From Blastocatellia bacterium (lineage in GTDB: Bacteria; Acidobacteriota; Blastocatellia; Chloracidobacteriales; JADJPF01), in assembly GCA_039812885.1 (NCBI GenBank), contig JBDIBI010000023.1, positions 19,395 through 83,394 on the forward strand: 64,000 bases of DNA, given 5' to 3'. A program made the position numbers and the translations under genes. The notes beneath the pieces are model-generated. The model ran no database searches, was not told where the DNA came from, and worked only from the letters and a program-made list of their open reading frames with translations. The first letter of the stretch is position 1, and the number at the start of each line of letters is the position of its first letter. This document shows positions 37,376 to 47,036 of the stretch, piece by piece.

Positions 37376-38740
37376 ATGGGCAAAAACTTACGTAACACTC
37401 CTAGTAGAGTTGTTGTTATTGGTGGTGGACTTGCTGGAATGACTGCTGCAAAAAGGCTTTTAGATGCTGGTTATGAAGTTAAACTTTATGAAGGTAGACG
37501 GCTACTTGGAGGTAAAGTTTCTGCTTGGCAAGACCAGGATGGGGATTGGATAGAAAGTGGATTACATGTATTTTTTGGAGCTTATGAAGAAATTTATGAG
37601 CTAATGAAAGAACTTAACCTTTATGATCAAATCATTTGGAAAGAACATGTTCTAACTTACACTTTAGATCAAGGTGAACGTTTTGAGTTTCGCACAATAA
37701 ATCTACCTAGTCCTTTTCATTTGCTGCCTGCTGTTTTTCAAAACCAATTTTTTAACTGGTCTGAAAAACTTTCTTTGGCTAAAGCGCTTTATCCAATGCT
37801 ATTTGGCACACCTGAATATTTTTCTAGTCAAGATATAAAAAGCTATAGTGAATGGCATAGAGAATTTGGCATTAGTGATAGAATGCTAAAAAAAATGTTC
37901 CTACCTATGTCCCTAGCACTTAAATTCCTCCCACCAGAAGAACTTTCTGCTAAAATTGTTTTAGATGTATCAGGTACTTTCTTGCGTACTCCTACGGCTT
38001 CAAAAATGGGATTTCTAAATGGCTCACCAGCTGAAAAGCTTACAAAACCATTAGCTGACTATATAACCAAAAAAGGTGGGCAAATTTTTTTAAATTCTCC
38101 TGTAGAACGCTTAGAGTTTGAATCAAACCATATCAAAGCTGCTATATTAAAAACAGGTGAAAAAATTGAGGCTGATTATTATCTATTAGCTTTGCCTATT
38201 CATAAGCTTCAACAGATTCTGCCTAAAGAACTTAGGAAAGATAAATTCTTTGATAATTTATATGAATTTGAAGGTGTTCCTGTAATTACTGTACAACTTT
38301 GGTTTGACCGACAAGTTACTGAAGTAGATAACATTTTATTTTCTCCTGATGGAATAATTCCTGTGTATGCTGACTTAGGCAATACTACGAAAGATTATTC
38401 TTGTAATGGTAAATCTAGAATTGAAGCAGTAGTTGCACCAGCCCGTAAAATATGGGATTGGGATGATAAAAAAATTGTGGATGAAGTAGTTGCTAATATT
38501 AAAAGCTATTTTCCTAAACTTTCAGTTAATGCTAAGATGGTAAAATCTACTATAGTTAGAATCCCTAGGTCTGTTTATTGGCCAAAACCTGGAACTGATA
38601 AGTTCAGGCCAACACAAACAACACCTATTGGAAATCTATTTTTAGCAGGAGGTTACACCCAACAGCGGTTTTATGACAGTATGGAAGGGGCTGTAAGTAG
38701 TGGTAACAAAGCAGCAAAAGCTATTTTAGCAGCTAAATAA
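37376..38740 (+). CDS. plant/cyanobacterial-type carotene desaturase (CrtP/CrtQ, PDS/ZDS family)
   Basis: FAD fingerprint VVVIGGGLAGMTAAK. The segment LGGKVSAWQDQDGDWIESGLHVFFGAYEE closely parallels cyanobacterial PDS (recalled sequence). ATG at 37376. Confidence 0.75.
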   Translation: MGKNLRNTPSRVVVIGGGLAGMTAAKRLLDAGYEVKLYEGRRLLGGKVSAWQDQDGDWIESGLHVFFGAYEEIYELMKELNLYDQIIWKEHVLTYTLDQGERFEFRTINLPSPFHLLPAVFQNQFFNWSEKLSLAKALYPMLFGTPEYFSSQDIKSYSEWHREFGISDRMLKKMFLPMSLALKFLPPEELSAKIVLDVSGTFLRTPTASKMGFLNGSPAEKLTKPLADYITKKGGQIFLNSPVERLEFESNHIKAAILKTGEKIEADYYLLALPIHKLQQILPKELRKDKFFDNLYEFEGVPVITVQLWFDRQVTEVDNILFSPDGIIPVYADLGNTTKDYSCNGKSRIEAVVAPARKIWDWDDKKIVDEVVANIKSYFPKLSVNAKMVKSTIVRIPRSVYWPKPGTDKFRPTQTTPIGNLFLAGGYTQQRFYDSMEGAVSSGNKAAKAILAAK

Positions 38741-38762
38741 TTTTGATTTACAGAATAACAAA

Positions 38763-39647
38763 ATGAGCCAAGATCTCTTTAACAAGGCTAAAGAAGCTTT
38801 TAATCATTGTGAGAAAATCGTTTCTCATCACGCAAAAAGTTTTTATTTTTGTAGTCATTTTTTGCCATTTCAGAAGCGTATTGCAATGTTTGCTATTTAT
38901 GCTTTATGTAGAACTTTAGATGATATTGTAGATGAATGTCCTAAAGAAAATAAGTCTTTAGCTAAAGAAGCTTTAGTTAAATGGCAGGAAAAGATAGAAC
39001 TTTTATATAGCGGAAAGCACCCTAAAGAACCTATTTTAGAGGCAATGAACGCAGTCATTAGTGTTTATCCAGTAGATAAAAAGCCTTTTTTGGATTTGAT
39101 TGCTGGTGTTGAAATGGATTTAGAAGAATGCTCATATAAGACATTTTCTGATTTAAGGCTTTATTGTTATAGAGTAGCTGCTACAGTTGGATTAATGGGT
39201 TCAGAAGTCTTTGGATATAGCAGTAAAGACGCTTTACCCTATGCTGAAAGCCTAGGTATAGCCATGCAACTTACTAATATCTTACGAGATGTTGGTGAGG
39301 ATTTATATTTAGGACGTATTTACTTGCCAACAGAAGACTTAGAAAAATTTAACTATAGCCAAACTGACTTAAGAGCAAAAAGGATAAATGAAAATTTTAT
39401 TGAGTTAATGAAATTTGAAATTGCTCGTGCTAGAAGCTTTTATAAACAAGCAGATGAAGGAATAAAAATGCTTAGTCCTGACAGCCGACTTACAGTTTTA
39501 GCTGCTAGCCGACTTTATGGAGCAATACTAGACCAAATAGAACGCAATTGCTACGATGTTTTTTCACGTCGGGCAAGTCTGAGTTTAAGTGCTAAATTAA
39601 TGTATTTACCTAAGATTTGGTTTATTCGCCAAATGCAATTTGCTTAA
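38763..39647 (+). CDS. crtB: phytoene synthase
   Basis: 294 aa. YALCRTLDDIVDE and NILRDVGEDLYLGRIYLP are the two Asp-rich squalene/phytoene synthase signatures. Confidence 0.85.
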   Translation: MSQDLFNKAKEAFNHCEKIVSHHAKSFYFCSHFLPFQKRIAMFAIYALCRTLDDIVDECPKENKSLAKEALVKWQEKIELLYSGKHPKEPILEAMNAVISVYPVDKKPFLDLIAGVEMDLEECSYKTFSDLRLYCYRVAATVGLMGSEVFGYSSKDALPYAESLGIAMQLTNILRDVGEDLYLGRIYLPTEDLEKFNYSQTDLRAKRINENFIELMKFEIARARSFYKQADEGIKMLSPDSRLTVLAASRLYGAILDQIERNCYDVFSRRASLSLSAKLMYLPKIWFIRQMQFA

Positions 39648-39670
39648 GTTTTTATTCTTGAGAGGATTAA

Positions 39671-40660
39671 ATGTTTAGTATTTCAAATAGCAACGCTTTT
39701 CAATTGTTGGCTCAAAGATGGAGTCCGGTTATTGAGAAAAAATTGCAAGACGAACTACCTAGCTTTGAATACTCTGTTGATCCAATTTGGCAAAAAGCTG
39801 TAACTGCTGCTGTTTTTGATGGTGGTAAAAGAACTAGGCCGTTTTTGACTATTTTGGGCTGGCAAACCTTTGTAAATGAGCCAATTAACCCTCAACATAC
39901 TCTGGAAATTGAAGCTGTCTTAAATATAGCGGTTGCTGTAGAGCTAATTCACTCTAGCTCATTGATTTTTGATGATTTACCTTGTATGGATAATGCTACT
40001 TTAAGACGTGGCAATCAAGCCTTGCATTTAGAAATTGGCGAAGACAAAGCTATTTTAGTTGCTTTAGCACTGCTAATGAAAGGAATTCAGTTAGTAATAC
40101 TGGCTACTAATACCCTTTCTTCAAAACTCATCAGAGATAAAATTTCAATCCAATTACTTGATTGTATTGGTACTAAAGGCTTAATTTGTGGTCAATGGTT
40201 TGACTTATCTAGTAAACAAAGTGTTAGGGATAATCATAATGATAGTAACCTATTAGCCTTACGTAATTTAAAGACTATGCCGCTAATTAGATTTGCTTTG
40301 CTTAGTGGAGCAATTTTAGCTAATGCAACAGAAAATCAACAAAACATATTAGCTAATTTTGCTGAACAAATAGGAGAAGCTTACCAACAACTTGATGACT
40401 TATTAGATTTGACTACAGATTCTAACTTGTTAGGAAAAGACTTAGCTTTAGATAAAAAAAATGACCGTATAAATGATGCTTATGTAAGTTTAGATAGTGC
40501 AATTATGGAAATTGAAAGAAAATTTACTAAAGCACATAGCTTAATAGAAGAAAACTTCCCAAATAATACTAATATAAAACCATTAATAGGCTTTGTAGAC
40601 AGTCTTTATGCTCGCTTTAAAGAAGTGCTAGAAAGCTTTTCTAATACAAAAGTAGACTGA
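39671..40660 (+). CDS. polyprenyl (probably geranylgeranyl) diphosphate synthase
   Basis: First Asp-rich motif LIFDDLPCMDNATLRRG and second motif YQQLDDLLD. Confidence 0.75.
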   Translation: MFSISNSNAFQLLAQRWSPVIEKKLQDELPSFEYSVDPIWQKAVTAAVFDGGKRTRPFLTILGWQTFVNEPINPQHTLEIEAVLNIAVAVELIHSSSLIFDDLPCMDNATLRRGNQALHLEIGEDKAILVALALLMKGIQLVILATNTLSSKLIRDKISIQLLDCIGTKGLICGQWFDLSSKQSVRDNHNDSNLLALRNLKTMPLIRFALLSGAILANATENQQNILANFAEQIGEAYQQLDDLLDLTTDSNLLGKDLALDKKNDRINDAYVSLDSAIMEIERKFTKAHSLIEENFPNNTNIKPLIGFVDSLYARFKEVLESFSNTKVD

Positions 40661-40699
40661 ATTTTAGAAAATACTTATCATTTCTCTAGGTTATAAATT

Positions 40700-41701
40700 A
40701 TGGAAGATATAAAAACACTACTTTTAGATAAAGACAAAAATAATAATTTAATTGCACTTAAAATCTTAAGAAAACAAGTAATTAAAGGAACTACATTAGT
40801 TGACTATGTGCAAGAAATACTTTCTTTATTTGCTACCTCAAATGACTTAGAAATAAAAAACCTAATTTTAAAGGTACTAGAAAACTACTTAAATTATAAT
40901 TCTTACTCAAATAAAGCTTGTAAGGTAAAACAACACCAAAACTTATTTGTCTCTATATGTTTGTTAGGAGTTTGTGATAAAACCGCTAGCATTCGCAAAA
41001 GTGCTATATATTTGATGGAGAAAGTGTGTAATTTTTTTGGTGGCTCGGAGCCCTCAGTAGTGCTTGACAAGGCTGCTTTGAAGACAATCGCTCCTTTAGT
41101 TGCTGATACTGGTTCTAACTTGAGTGATTTAGGGGAGCCGCTAGAAACTAGAGGAACTTTAACTATTGCAGAAAAAGCTTATAGAATAATTAGTGAATTT
41201 CCTAGCAAAACAGATTTCACAGATGTTTTTCATGTTTTAATACCTGCTTTAGAAAAAATGCACTACTACATATCAAATGGTATTATCGATAATGCTTATG
41301 GACAAAAAGTTATTGAAAAAATAATAAATGTTTTTGAATTATTGCTAGCATTTAGACGTGTTGAGCTTCCTGTTTCTAAATTCCCTGAAATTTATCCAAA
41401 CTATCTAGTAGAGTTAATTTGTTTTATCAATGATCCTAAATTTCATACTATTTCTGACACTTCTATGAATCGATTACGTAGACAGTTAATTGTTTCTAAA
41501 AATTACTTTAAAGATATGATTAAAGTATTGGAACTTGATGATTATACAGAAGTTAAAATTTCAGTGCTTTATCTTATTGCTAGAGCTGTTGAAAGAGGGC
41601 ATTCCATCAATTACTTTATTCCTCAAATTAAACAGGCCATCTTAGATGGAAAGATAGAACAAAATTCAATTCCTGATTTGTTATTACCACTAATTGCTTA
41701 A
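40700..41701 (+). CDS. hypothetical helical-repeat (HEAT/ARM-like) protein
   Basis: 333-aa ORF directly after the carotenoid genes. It has a repetitive helical Leu/Ile-rich pattern and I recognise no motif. Confidence 0.35.
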   Translation: MEDIKTLLLDKDKNNNLIALKILRKQVIKGTTLVDYVQEILSLFATSNDLEIKNLILKVLENYLNYNSYSNKACKVKQHQNLFVSICLLGVCDKTASIRKSAIYLMEKVCNFFGGSEPSVVLDKAALKTIAPLVADTGSNLSDLGEPLETRGTLTIAEKAYRIISEFPSKTDFTDVFHVLIPALEKMHYYISNGIIDNAYGQKVIEKIINVFELLLAFRRVELPVSKFPEIYPNYLVELICFINDPKFHTISDTSMNRLRRQLIVSKNYFKDMIKVLELDDYTEVKISVLYLIARAVERGHSINYFIPQIKQAILDGKIEQNSIPDLLLPLIA

Positions 41702-41971
41702 ATATTGTTGTTCTATCTGCGGGCTTTTCTATTAGGTTTATTTATTATCGTCTTTATTACTGCCATAATATTATTTCTGTGGTTAATATTCGCTTAGTAT
41801 TGTACTTTATTATATTAACAGATTTTATTTTACTGATATTTTGGGTTAAAGCCTAAGAGAAACCTGCCTGTACACTCGTTAAAATGCGGTAGCTTGCGGC
41901 AGGTTTAAGATTTGTTAGTTTGGAATAAAAGTTTCTTCTAGTGATATAACTCGAGTAATATAACTAGGAAA

Positions 41972-42637
41972 TTATCTTTTCTTAGATAACCTTTCTTTTA
42001 GTACAGATTCAACAAATAACATACTTTCTTTATCATCCATATTTCCAATTAAACGAATACGTTTTCCGCTCTTTAGAATGAGATTTAAGCGATCTTCATT
42101 GCCAATTCTTTCATATGCAAAGTCGCTTATATCATCAATGTTTATAACCTTTTTGGGTATGATGTTAATAGGTTTGCTTATTTTACAAATTTGATTATCA
42201 GAAATAGTTATATAAGTTTTGTTTAGTATTACTGATAAAATAAGTAAAAAGTAAATTGGAAATATAAAAAGAAATATCCAATTTGAAAAACTTCCATTAA
42301 ATCCTGATCTAGTAAAAGCTGTAATAAAAGAAGGGAAAGCTGTAGACATTAGCAAAAATATAAAACCTAATCTTTTGGTTGAAAACCATTTATAAACAAT
42401 TGTAAATGAATGACCTAACTCTTCAAGGCTTACAGCACTGGGGATTACTATTTGTCTATTAGGAGAATTAATAGCTGCTAACACATTGCTTAGTTTAGTA
42501 TTTGTTTTTAAGGCAGGAAGATTTTTAACATCACCACATCTTGAACATGAATTTGTTTTTGGATCAAAATAGTCAGATTGGTGACAAATTTCACATCTAT
42601 AAGGTGTTGATTCTTTTAGAATAGTTAGTTTACTCAT
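41972..42637 (-). CDS. hypothetical membrane protein with an N-terminal zinc ribbon
   Basis: CEICH...CSRCG (two CxxC pairs), followed by 2-3 TM helices and a small C-terminal domain. Confidence 0.4.
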   Translation of the reverse strand: MSKLTILKESTPYRCEICHQSDYFDPKTNSCSRCGDVKNLPALKTNTKLSNVLAAINSPNRQIVIPSAVSLEELGHSFTIVYKWFSTKRLGFIFLLMSTAFPSFITAFTRSGFNGSFSNWIFLFIFPIYFLLILSVILNKTYITISDNQICKISKPINIIPKKVINIDDISDFAYERIGNEDRLNLILKSGKRIRLIGNMDDKESMLFVESVLKERLSKKR

Positions 42638-42972
42638 ATATGTTTAGTAGAAACTCGCAAGGTATCCACTTTAAGCAAATATTAACAAGGTAAAGTGGAA
42701 ATAAATATATCAGCTTTTTTATTTTACGATTTATTTTATCTAAAGTTTTTAATTTTCCTCGATCAAAGGCAAGAAAAACAACATAAACCTGATTTTTAGT
42801 TAGTCTATAAACTTTCTTATGGATTATTGTAATTGCTAAGATTTATATCAAGACTAACTAATTTCTAGTATGCTAAAATACCTTTGTGAAAAGCTTTATA
42901 AAAATAGATAATAGTATTATAAGCAGTGAAAGTCTACTATACATAAACTAACTATGGAGACAAAGAAATAGT

Positions 42973-43779
42973 ATGGATTTCAAAGGTAAAAGTATCATTA
43001 TTACAGGAGCTTCTCTTGGTATAGGAAAAGTTTTAGCTATTGAACTAGCTAAAAAAGGGGCTAATTTGACTCTAGCTGCTCGTGACAGAAAAAATTTAGG
43101 AGAGACTGTTGAGCAATGTCTTAAAGTAGGTGGGAAAGCGATTGCTGTTATTACAGATGTAGCAGAAATCAAAGATTGTCAAAATCTAATTGAACAAGCC
43201 GTTAAAGCTTATGGTCAAATTGATGTATTAGTTAATAATGCAGGTATTTCTATGTGGGCTAGATTTGAAGATATTAAAGATCTATCTATGTTTGAAAAGA
43301 TGATAAAAATCAATTATTTAGGAGCTGTTTATTGTACATATTATGCCTTACCATACATTAAAAAAACAAAGGGTTTAATTGTTGGGGTTTCTTCTGTAAC
43401 TGGTAAAACAGGTGTTCCAACACGTTCTGGTTATGCTGCTAGTAAACATGCTATGCATGGTTTTTTTGATTCACTAAGAATAGAATTACGTGGTACGGGT
43501 GTTGGTATTTCATTGATTTGTCCAGGGTTTGTTGCTACTGGTATCAGAGATAGAGCTTTAGGTGTAGAAGGTCGCTCTATTGGTCAAAGCCCTCGTGATG
43601 AAAACCAAAATAATATGAGTGTGGAAGAATGTGTCCAACTAATGATAGATGCTATGGAAAAAAGAAAAAGAGAGTTAATTATGACAACTAAAGCTAGATT
43701 AGGCCAATGGATAAAGCTACTTGCCCCAGAAATTGTTGACACTATTGCAGAAAAAGCTGTTAAAGAAAAGGGTTCATAA
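42973..43779 (+). CDS. short-chain dehydrogenase/reductase (classical SDR)
   Basis: TGASLGIGK, NNAG and the catalytic YAASKHA motif. Confidence 0.85.
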   Translation: MDFKGKSIIITGASLGIGKVLAIELAKKGANLTLAARDRKNLGETVEQCLKVGGKAIAVITDVAEIKDCQNLIEQAVKAYGQIDVLVNNAGISMWARFEDIKDLSMFEKMIKINYLGAVYCTYYALPYIKKTKGLIVGVSSVTGKTGVPTRSGYAASKHAMHGFFDSLRIELRGTGVGISLICPGFVATGIRDRALGVEGRSIGQSPRDENQNNMSVEECVQLMIDAMEKRKRELIMTTKARLGQWIKLLAPEIVDTIAEKAVKEKGS

Positions 43780-44020
43780 AAACTCTTAAAAATTTTAGTT
43801 GCTAAAACCTTAAACATAATCTCAGTGATCCAACCTATATTTGCTTACCAAAAAAGCTACTCAAACACCATAACCTACTATAAGGAAATTTATGTAGGGA
43901 ATGTGTAGATAATAATCTGCAAAAATTTTTCCAGTATTCTGTATGTATTTTTCTTTCAAGTACGTCTTAAAAACTAACACTCAATAAAAATAATCAAATT
44001 AAATTTTGTGAGGAAGTCGT

Positions 44021-45316
44021 ATGAGAAACCATCGCCACAATCTAGAAAACACCTTAGCAGATTGTCTTACAGAGACAGACATTATTGCTGGCGGAACAGT
44101 TGTATTAGGAAAATATGAAGTCATTGGTTTGTTAGGGCAAGGTGGAATGGGACAAGTATACTTAGCTCAAGATTTACAACTTAAGCGTCTAGTAGCAGTA
44201 AAGACCATTTCATTAACAAATAGCTACAATGAAGAGCACTGTGCTCGTTTCTTACGCGAAGCTCAAATGGCATCTTCAATCAACCATCCTAATGTGTTAA
44301 CTGTTTACGAAATTGGCTCACAAGATAATAGACCTTTTTTAGTAATGGAATATGTAGAAGGAAATACTCTTAGAGATTTACTAAAAAATAATCAAATGGA
44401 TTTACCATTAGCTATAAATTTAGCTATCCAATTAGCTCAAGGTTTACAAGCAATACACCAATTAGGCATCATTCATCGTGACCTTAAATTGGATAACTTT
44501 ATTCTACGTAAAGATGGATATTTAAAAATATTAGATTTTGGTTTAGCTAAAAATACTAGTGAAGTACAAAACAACAACAAGTTTGAAACAAGAGTAGGTA
44601 TGGTTTTAGGCACTCCTCGTTATATGTCTCCAGAACAAGCTAGAGGCCGTGAATTAGATGCTCGTTCAGATATTTTCTCTTTTGGAACAGTGCTTTATGA
44701 ACTTTTAACACATCACCTAGCTTTTGATGATGAAGATGATATGCAAGCTGTTTACCAAGTAGTCTTTCATCAACCAGAACCAATGTCTGAAGAAATTCCA
44801 GAAAGATTACGTAAATTAGTAGAAAGAATAATGCAAAAATCCTTAAAAGCTCGCCCAGAATCTATGCAAGAAGTTTTAGATGAACTCTTAGCTATTCGCG
44901 AAGAACTTTCACTAGTAACTAATAAAGTTAAAGTTGATTATTTATTTGCTAGCACTTTTATTGTTCCTGTAAATAGAAAAAGTGAAACAAAACAAGAAGT
45001 AGTTTTTGAAAAAAAAGTTGAAGTGACAATTAGTACTAATGAAAAACTACTGCTCGATTTAGCAAATGGGAATTTATCACAAGATTCATTGCAATCATGG
45101 TCAATGGATTCTCTCATCGCTCCTGTTGGAGTTAGAAATTTTTCTAGCTCCAACAATTTTTCTAGCTCAAAAGGTAATGTTTTAAGTATGGTTTTTCAAG
45201 AACCTTTTAAAAAGTTACAAACTCATTCACTAGTTAATATTAATAACATTGGACAAAATGTTTATCAAAAGAAAAGAAATGTTCCTAAGTTTGCTACTAT
45301 AAGAGGGTATAGCTAG
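44021..45316 (+). CDS. Hanks-type Ser/Thr protein kinase
   Basis: GQGGMGQVY, VAVK, HRDLKLDN, DFGLAK and GTPRYMSPEQ. The C-terminal ~140 aa has no recognisable domain or TM segment. Confidence 0.85.
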   Translation: MRNHRHNLENTLADCLTETDIIAGGTVVLGKYEVIGLLGQGGMGQVYLAQDLQLKRLVAVKTISLTNSYNEEHCARFLREAQMASSINHPNVLTVYEIGSQDNRPFLVMEYVEGNTLRDLLKNNQMDLPLAINLAIQLAQGLQAIHQLGIIHRDLKLDNFILRKDGYLKILDFGLAKNTSEVQNNNKFETRVGMVLGTPRYMSPEQARGRELDARSDIFSFGTVLYELLTHHLAFDDEDDMQAVYQVVFHQPEPMSEEIPERLRKLVERIMQKSLKARPESMQEVLDELLAIREELSLVTNKVKVDYLFASTFIVPVNRKSETKQEVVFEKKVEVTISTNEKLLLDLANGNLSQDSLQSWSMDSLIAPVGVRNFSSSNNFSSSKGNVLSMVFQEPFKKLQTHSLVNINNIGQNVYQKKRNVPKFATIRGYS

Positions 45317-45360
45317 GAGCAATAGTAAGCAAAACTCCTAGCTAGAGATTAGAGGAGAAG

Positions 45361-46425
45361 TTATTTTTCGGTTAGTCTTGTGTAAGTACGATCGATTGCC
45401 GATTCTGAAGAGCGCTCAAATCCATTAAATTTCTTTGAATATTTTTCTGATAAAGCAGCTTTAACTAATTTTTTAGTTTCTTCTTTACTTTTACCAGCAG
45501 CGATTTGTTCTTTTACCCCAGCTACCATATCAAGCATAAAATCTTTGAGTAAAGTTAATCGTTCTTTACTTTCTTGTACTGCTCCATGTCCAGGAATAAT
45601 ACGAGAAATATTTAGCTTTTCTATTCCAGCTAGAGTTTGCCCCCAATCTTGAGGATAAGCATCTCTCATAAAAGGAATACCTCCAGTAAGCAAGTCGCCA
45701 GTAACTAAAATGCCTTCTTTAGGCAAAAAAACTACAACATCACCAGCCGTATGACCTCGGCCAAAATAAAGTACTTGAACTTCACGATCTCCAGCTTGCA
45801 AAAAGAGACTGCGGTCAAAAGTAAGGTTAGGCAAAGTTATTTGTAAGTTTTCTAAATCAGTTTGTAATACCTTGGTTTCTTTAAGGTCTTTTTCTAGTTC
45901 TTGACGCTTTTCTGCTGTTAAGTCTTTCCCATCCTCAGCTTTTCCAGAAGTTAATTGTTTTTCTATATTTTTTATATCTTCTTCAAACTCTTTTTTTATG
46001 TCTTTTAAACTAGGGATTTCCTTGTCTATAATGTCTTGTCTTGTGTTGACATGAGCAATTATGTCTAAGGCTTCAGGGAAATTAGATGAATAAGTGCTAT
46101 TGCCTTGTACATGATCTGGATGCCAATGAGTATTAATTAAATAGTGAATTGGCTTATTTCCTACAGTAGCTTTGATTAAGCGTGTTGCCTCACGTGCCGC
46201 AGCAGGGGTAAAGTGGGAATCTACAATAGCAACCCTATCTCCTACTATAAAAAAAGCAGAATTAGAGACTGCTTGAATTGGAGAGTTAGGCTTAACTATC
46301 AGTGCCCAAACTTGTGGAGCTACTTCTTGGACTGTAAAAACATTTGACTCAACTCCTTTGTCTTGAGCTTGTGCTACTTGAACTAAAGCTATTAACATAA
46401 TTATCAAAATTAAAAATTTACGCAT
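45361..46425 (-). CDS. secreted MBL-fold metallo-hydrolase with a charged coiled insertion
   Basis: Signal peptide MRKFLILIIMLIALVQVAQA, THWHPDH motif and GHTAGD. I prefer the ATG at 46425, which has an AAAGGA RBS, over the TTG at 46431. Confidence 0.7.
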   Translation of the reverse strand: MRKFLILIIMLIALVQVAQAQDKGVESNVFTVQEVAPQVWALIVKPNSPIQAVSNSAFFIVGDRVAIVDSHFTPAAAREATRLIKATVGNKPIHYLINTHWHPDHVQGNSTYSSNFPEALDIIAHVNTRQDIIDKEIPSLKDIKKEFEEDIKNIEKQLTSGKAEDGKDLTAEKRQELEKDLKETKVLQTDLENLQITLPNLTFDRSLFLQAGDREVQVLYFGRGHTAGDVVVFLPKEGILVTGDLLTGGIPFMRDAYPQDWGQTLAGIEKLNISRIIPGHGAVQESKERLTLLKDFMLDMVAGVKEQIAAGKSKEETKKLVKAALSEKYSKKFNGFERSSESAIDRTYTRLTEK

Positions 46426-46442
46426 TCTCAATCCTTTCGCAA

Positions 46443-46481
46443 CCTGGGGTTGCGCTCGCTAACGCTCGCTAAAACCCCAGG
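46443..46481 (+). repeat. conserved hairpin, variant 3
   Basis: CCTGGGGTT (46443-46451) pairs with AACCCCAGG (46473-46481). The loop is GCGCTCGCTAACGCTCGCTAA, followed by CTAATATATATA. It begins 18 nt from the MBL gene ATG. Confidence 0.9.
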
Positions 46482-46577
46482 CTAATATATATATCCTAAA
46501 ATTTGAGTTTGGCTAAATCCCGAAAACTTAATATTTTATTAGCTAAACTCTTGAATTTAATATGCTTATAATAAGTC

Positions 46578-46900
46578 CAACTCATATTAGCCCAGACTAA
46601 AAAACCTCTTGAGTTAGAAATGCTCTTATTTGTTGAAATAAATCTAATTTAATTAGCTCAACTCATATTAGCCCAGACTAAAAAACCTCTTGAGTTAGAA
46701 ACGCTCTTATTTGTTGAAATAAATCTAATTTAATTAGTTCAACCCATATTAGCCCAGACTAAAAACCTCTTGAGTTAGAAACGCTCTTATTTGTTGAAAT
46801 AAATCTAATTTAATTAGCTCAACTCATATTAGCCCAGACTAAAAAACCTCTTGAGTTAGAAACGCTCTTATTTGTTGAAATGAATCTAATTTAATTAGTT
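46578..46900 (-). repeat. 4 tandem 81-bp units (one is 80 bp), degenerate copies of the hairpin-plus-tail element
   Basis: Unit starts (CAAC[TC]CATATTAGCCC) are at 46578, 46659, 46740, 46820 and 46901. The reverse complement contains GGGCTAATATGRGTTGARCTAATT, shared with locus 1. Confidence 0.95.
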
Positions 46901-46913
46901 CAACCCATATTAG

Positions 46914-46951
46914 CCCCAGGTTTTAGCGAGTGAAACGAGCGCAACCTGGGG
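46914..46951 (-). repeat. conserved hairpin, variant 1, inverted relative to locus 1
   Basis: CCCCAGGTT (46914-46922) pairs with AACCTGGGG (46943-46951). The reverse complement reads CCCCAGGTTGCGCTCGTTTCACTCGCTAAAACCTGGGGCTAATATGGGTTGAACTAATT. Confidence 0.9.
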
Positions 46952-47031
46952 ATTACAAAAAACGAGCGCAACCTGGGGATTACAAAAAACGAGCGCAACC
47001 TGGGGATTACAAAAAACGAGCGCAACCTGGG
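46934..47031 (-). repeat. 4 tandem 27-bp units AACGAGCGCAACCTGGGGATTACAAAA (last unit truncated), half-hairpin arms
   Basis: Units start at 46934, 46961, 46988 and 47015. The reverse-complement core CCCCAGGTTGCGCTCGTT is identical to the locus 1 core, but the 9-nt linker differs. Confidence 0.95.
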
Positions 47032-47036
47032 TCAAA

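Noticed and set aside
21117-47031. The two repeat loci as inverted terminal repeats of a ~25-kb mobile island.
   Set aside because: Each locus contains hairpins in both orientations. The enclosed genes are ordinary respiratory, carotenoid and housekeeping-type genes. There is no integrase, transposase, tRNA attachment site or recognisable target-site duplication. Dispersed REP/MITE-like copies are the simpler explanation.
46441-47031. Integron attC sites or a cassette array.
   Set aside because: No intI gene is present, there are no cassette ORFs between the palindromes, and the stems lack the typical R''/L''-L'/R' organisation with GTTRRRY cores.
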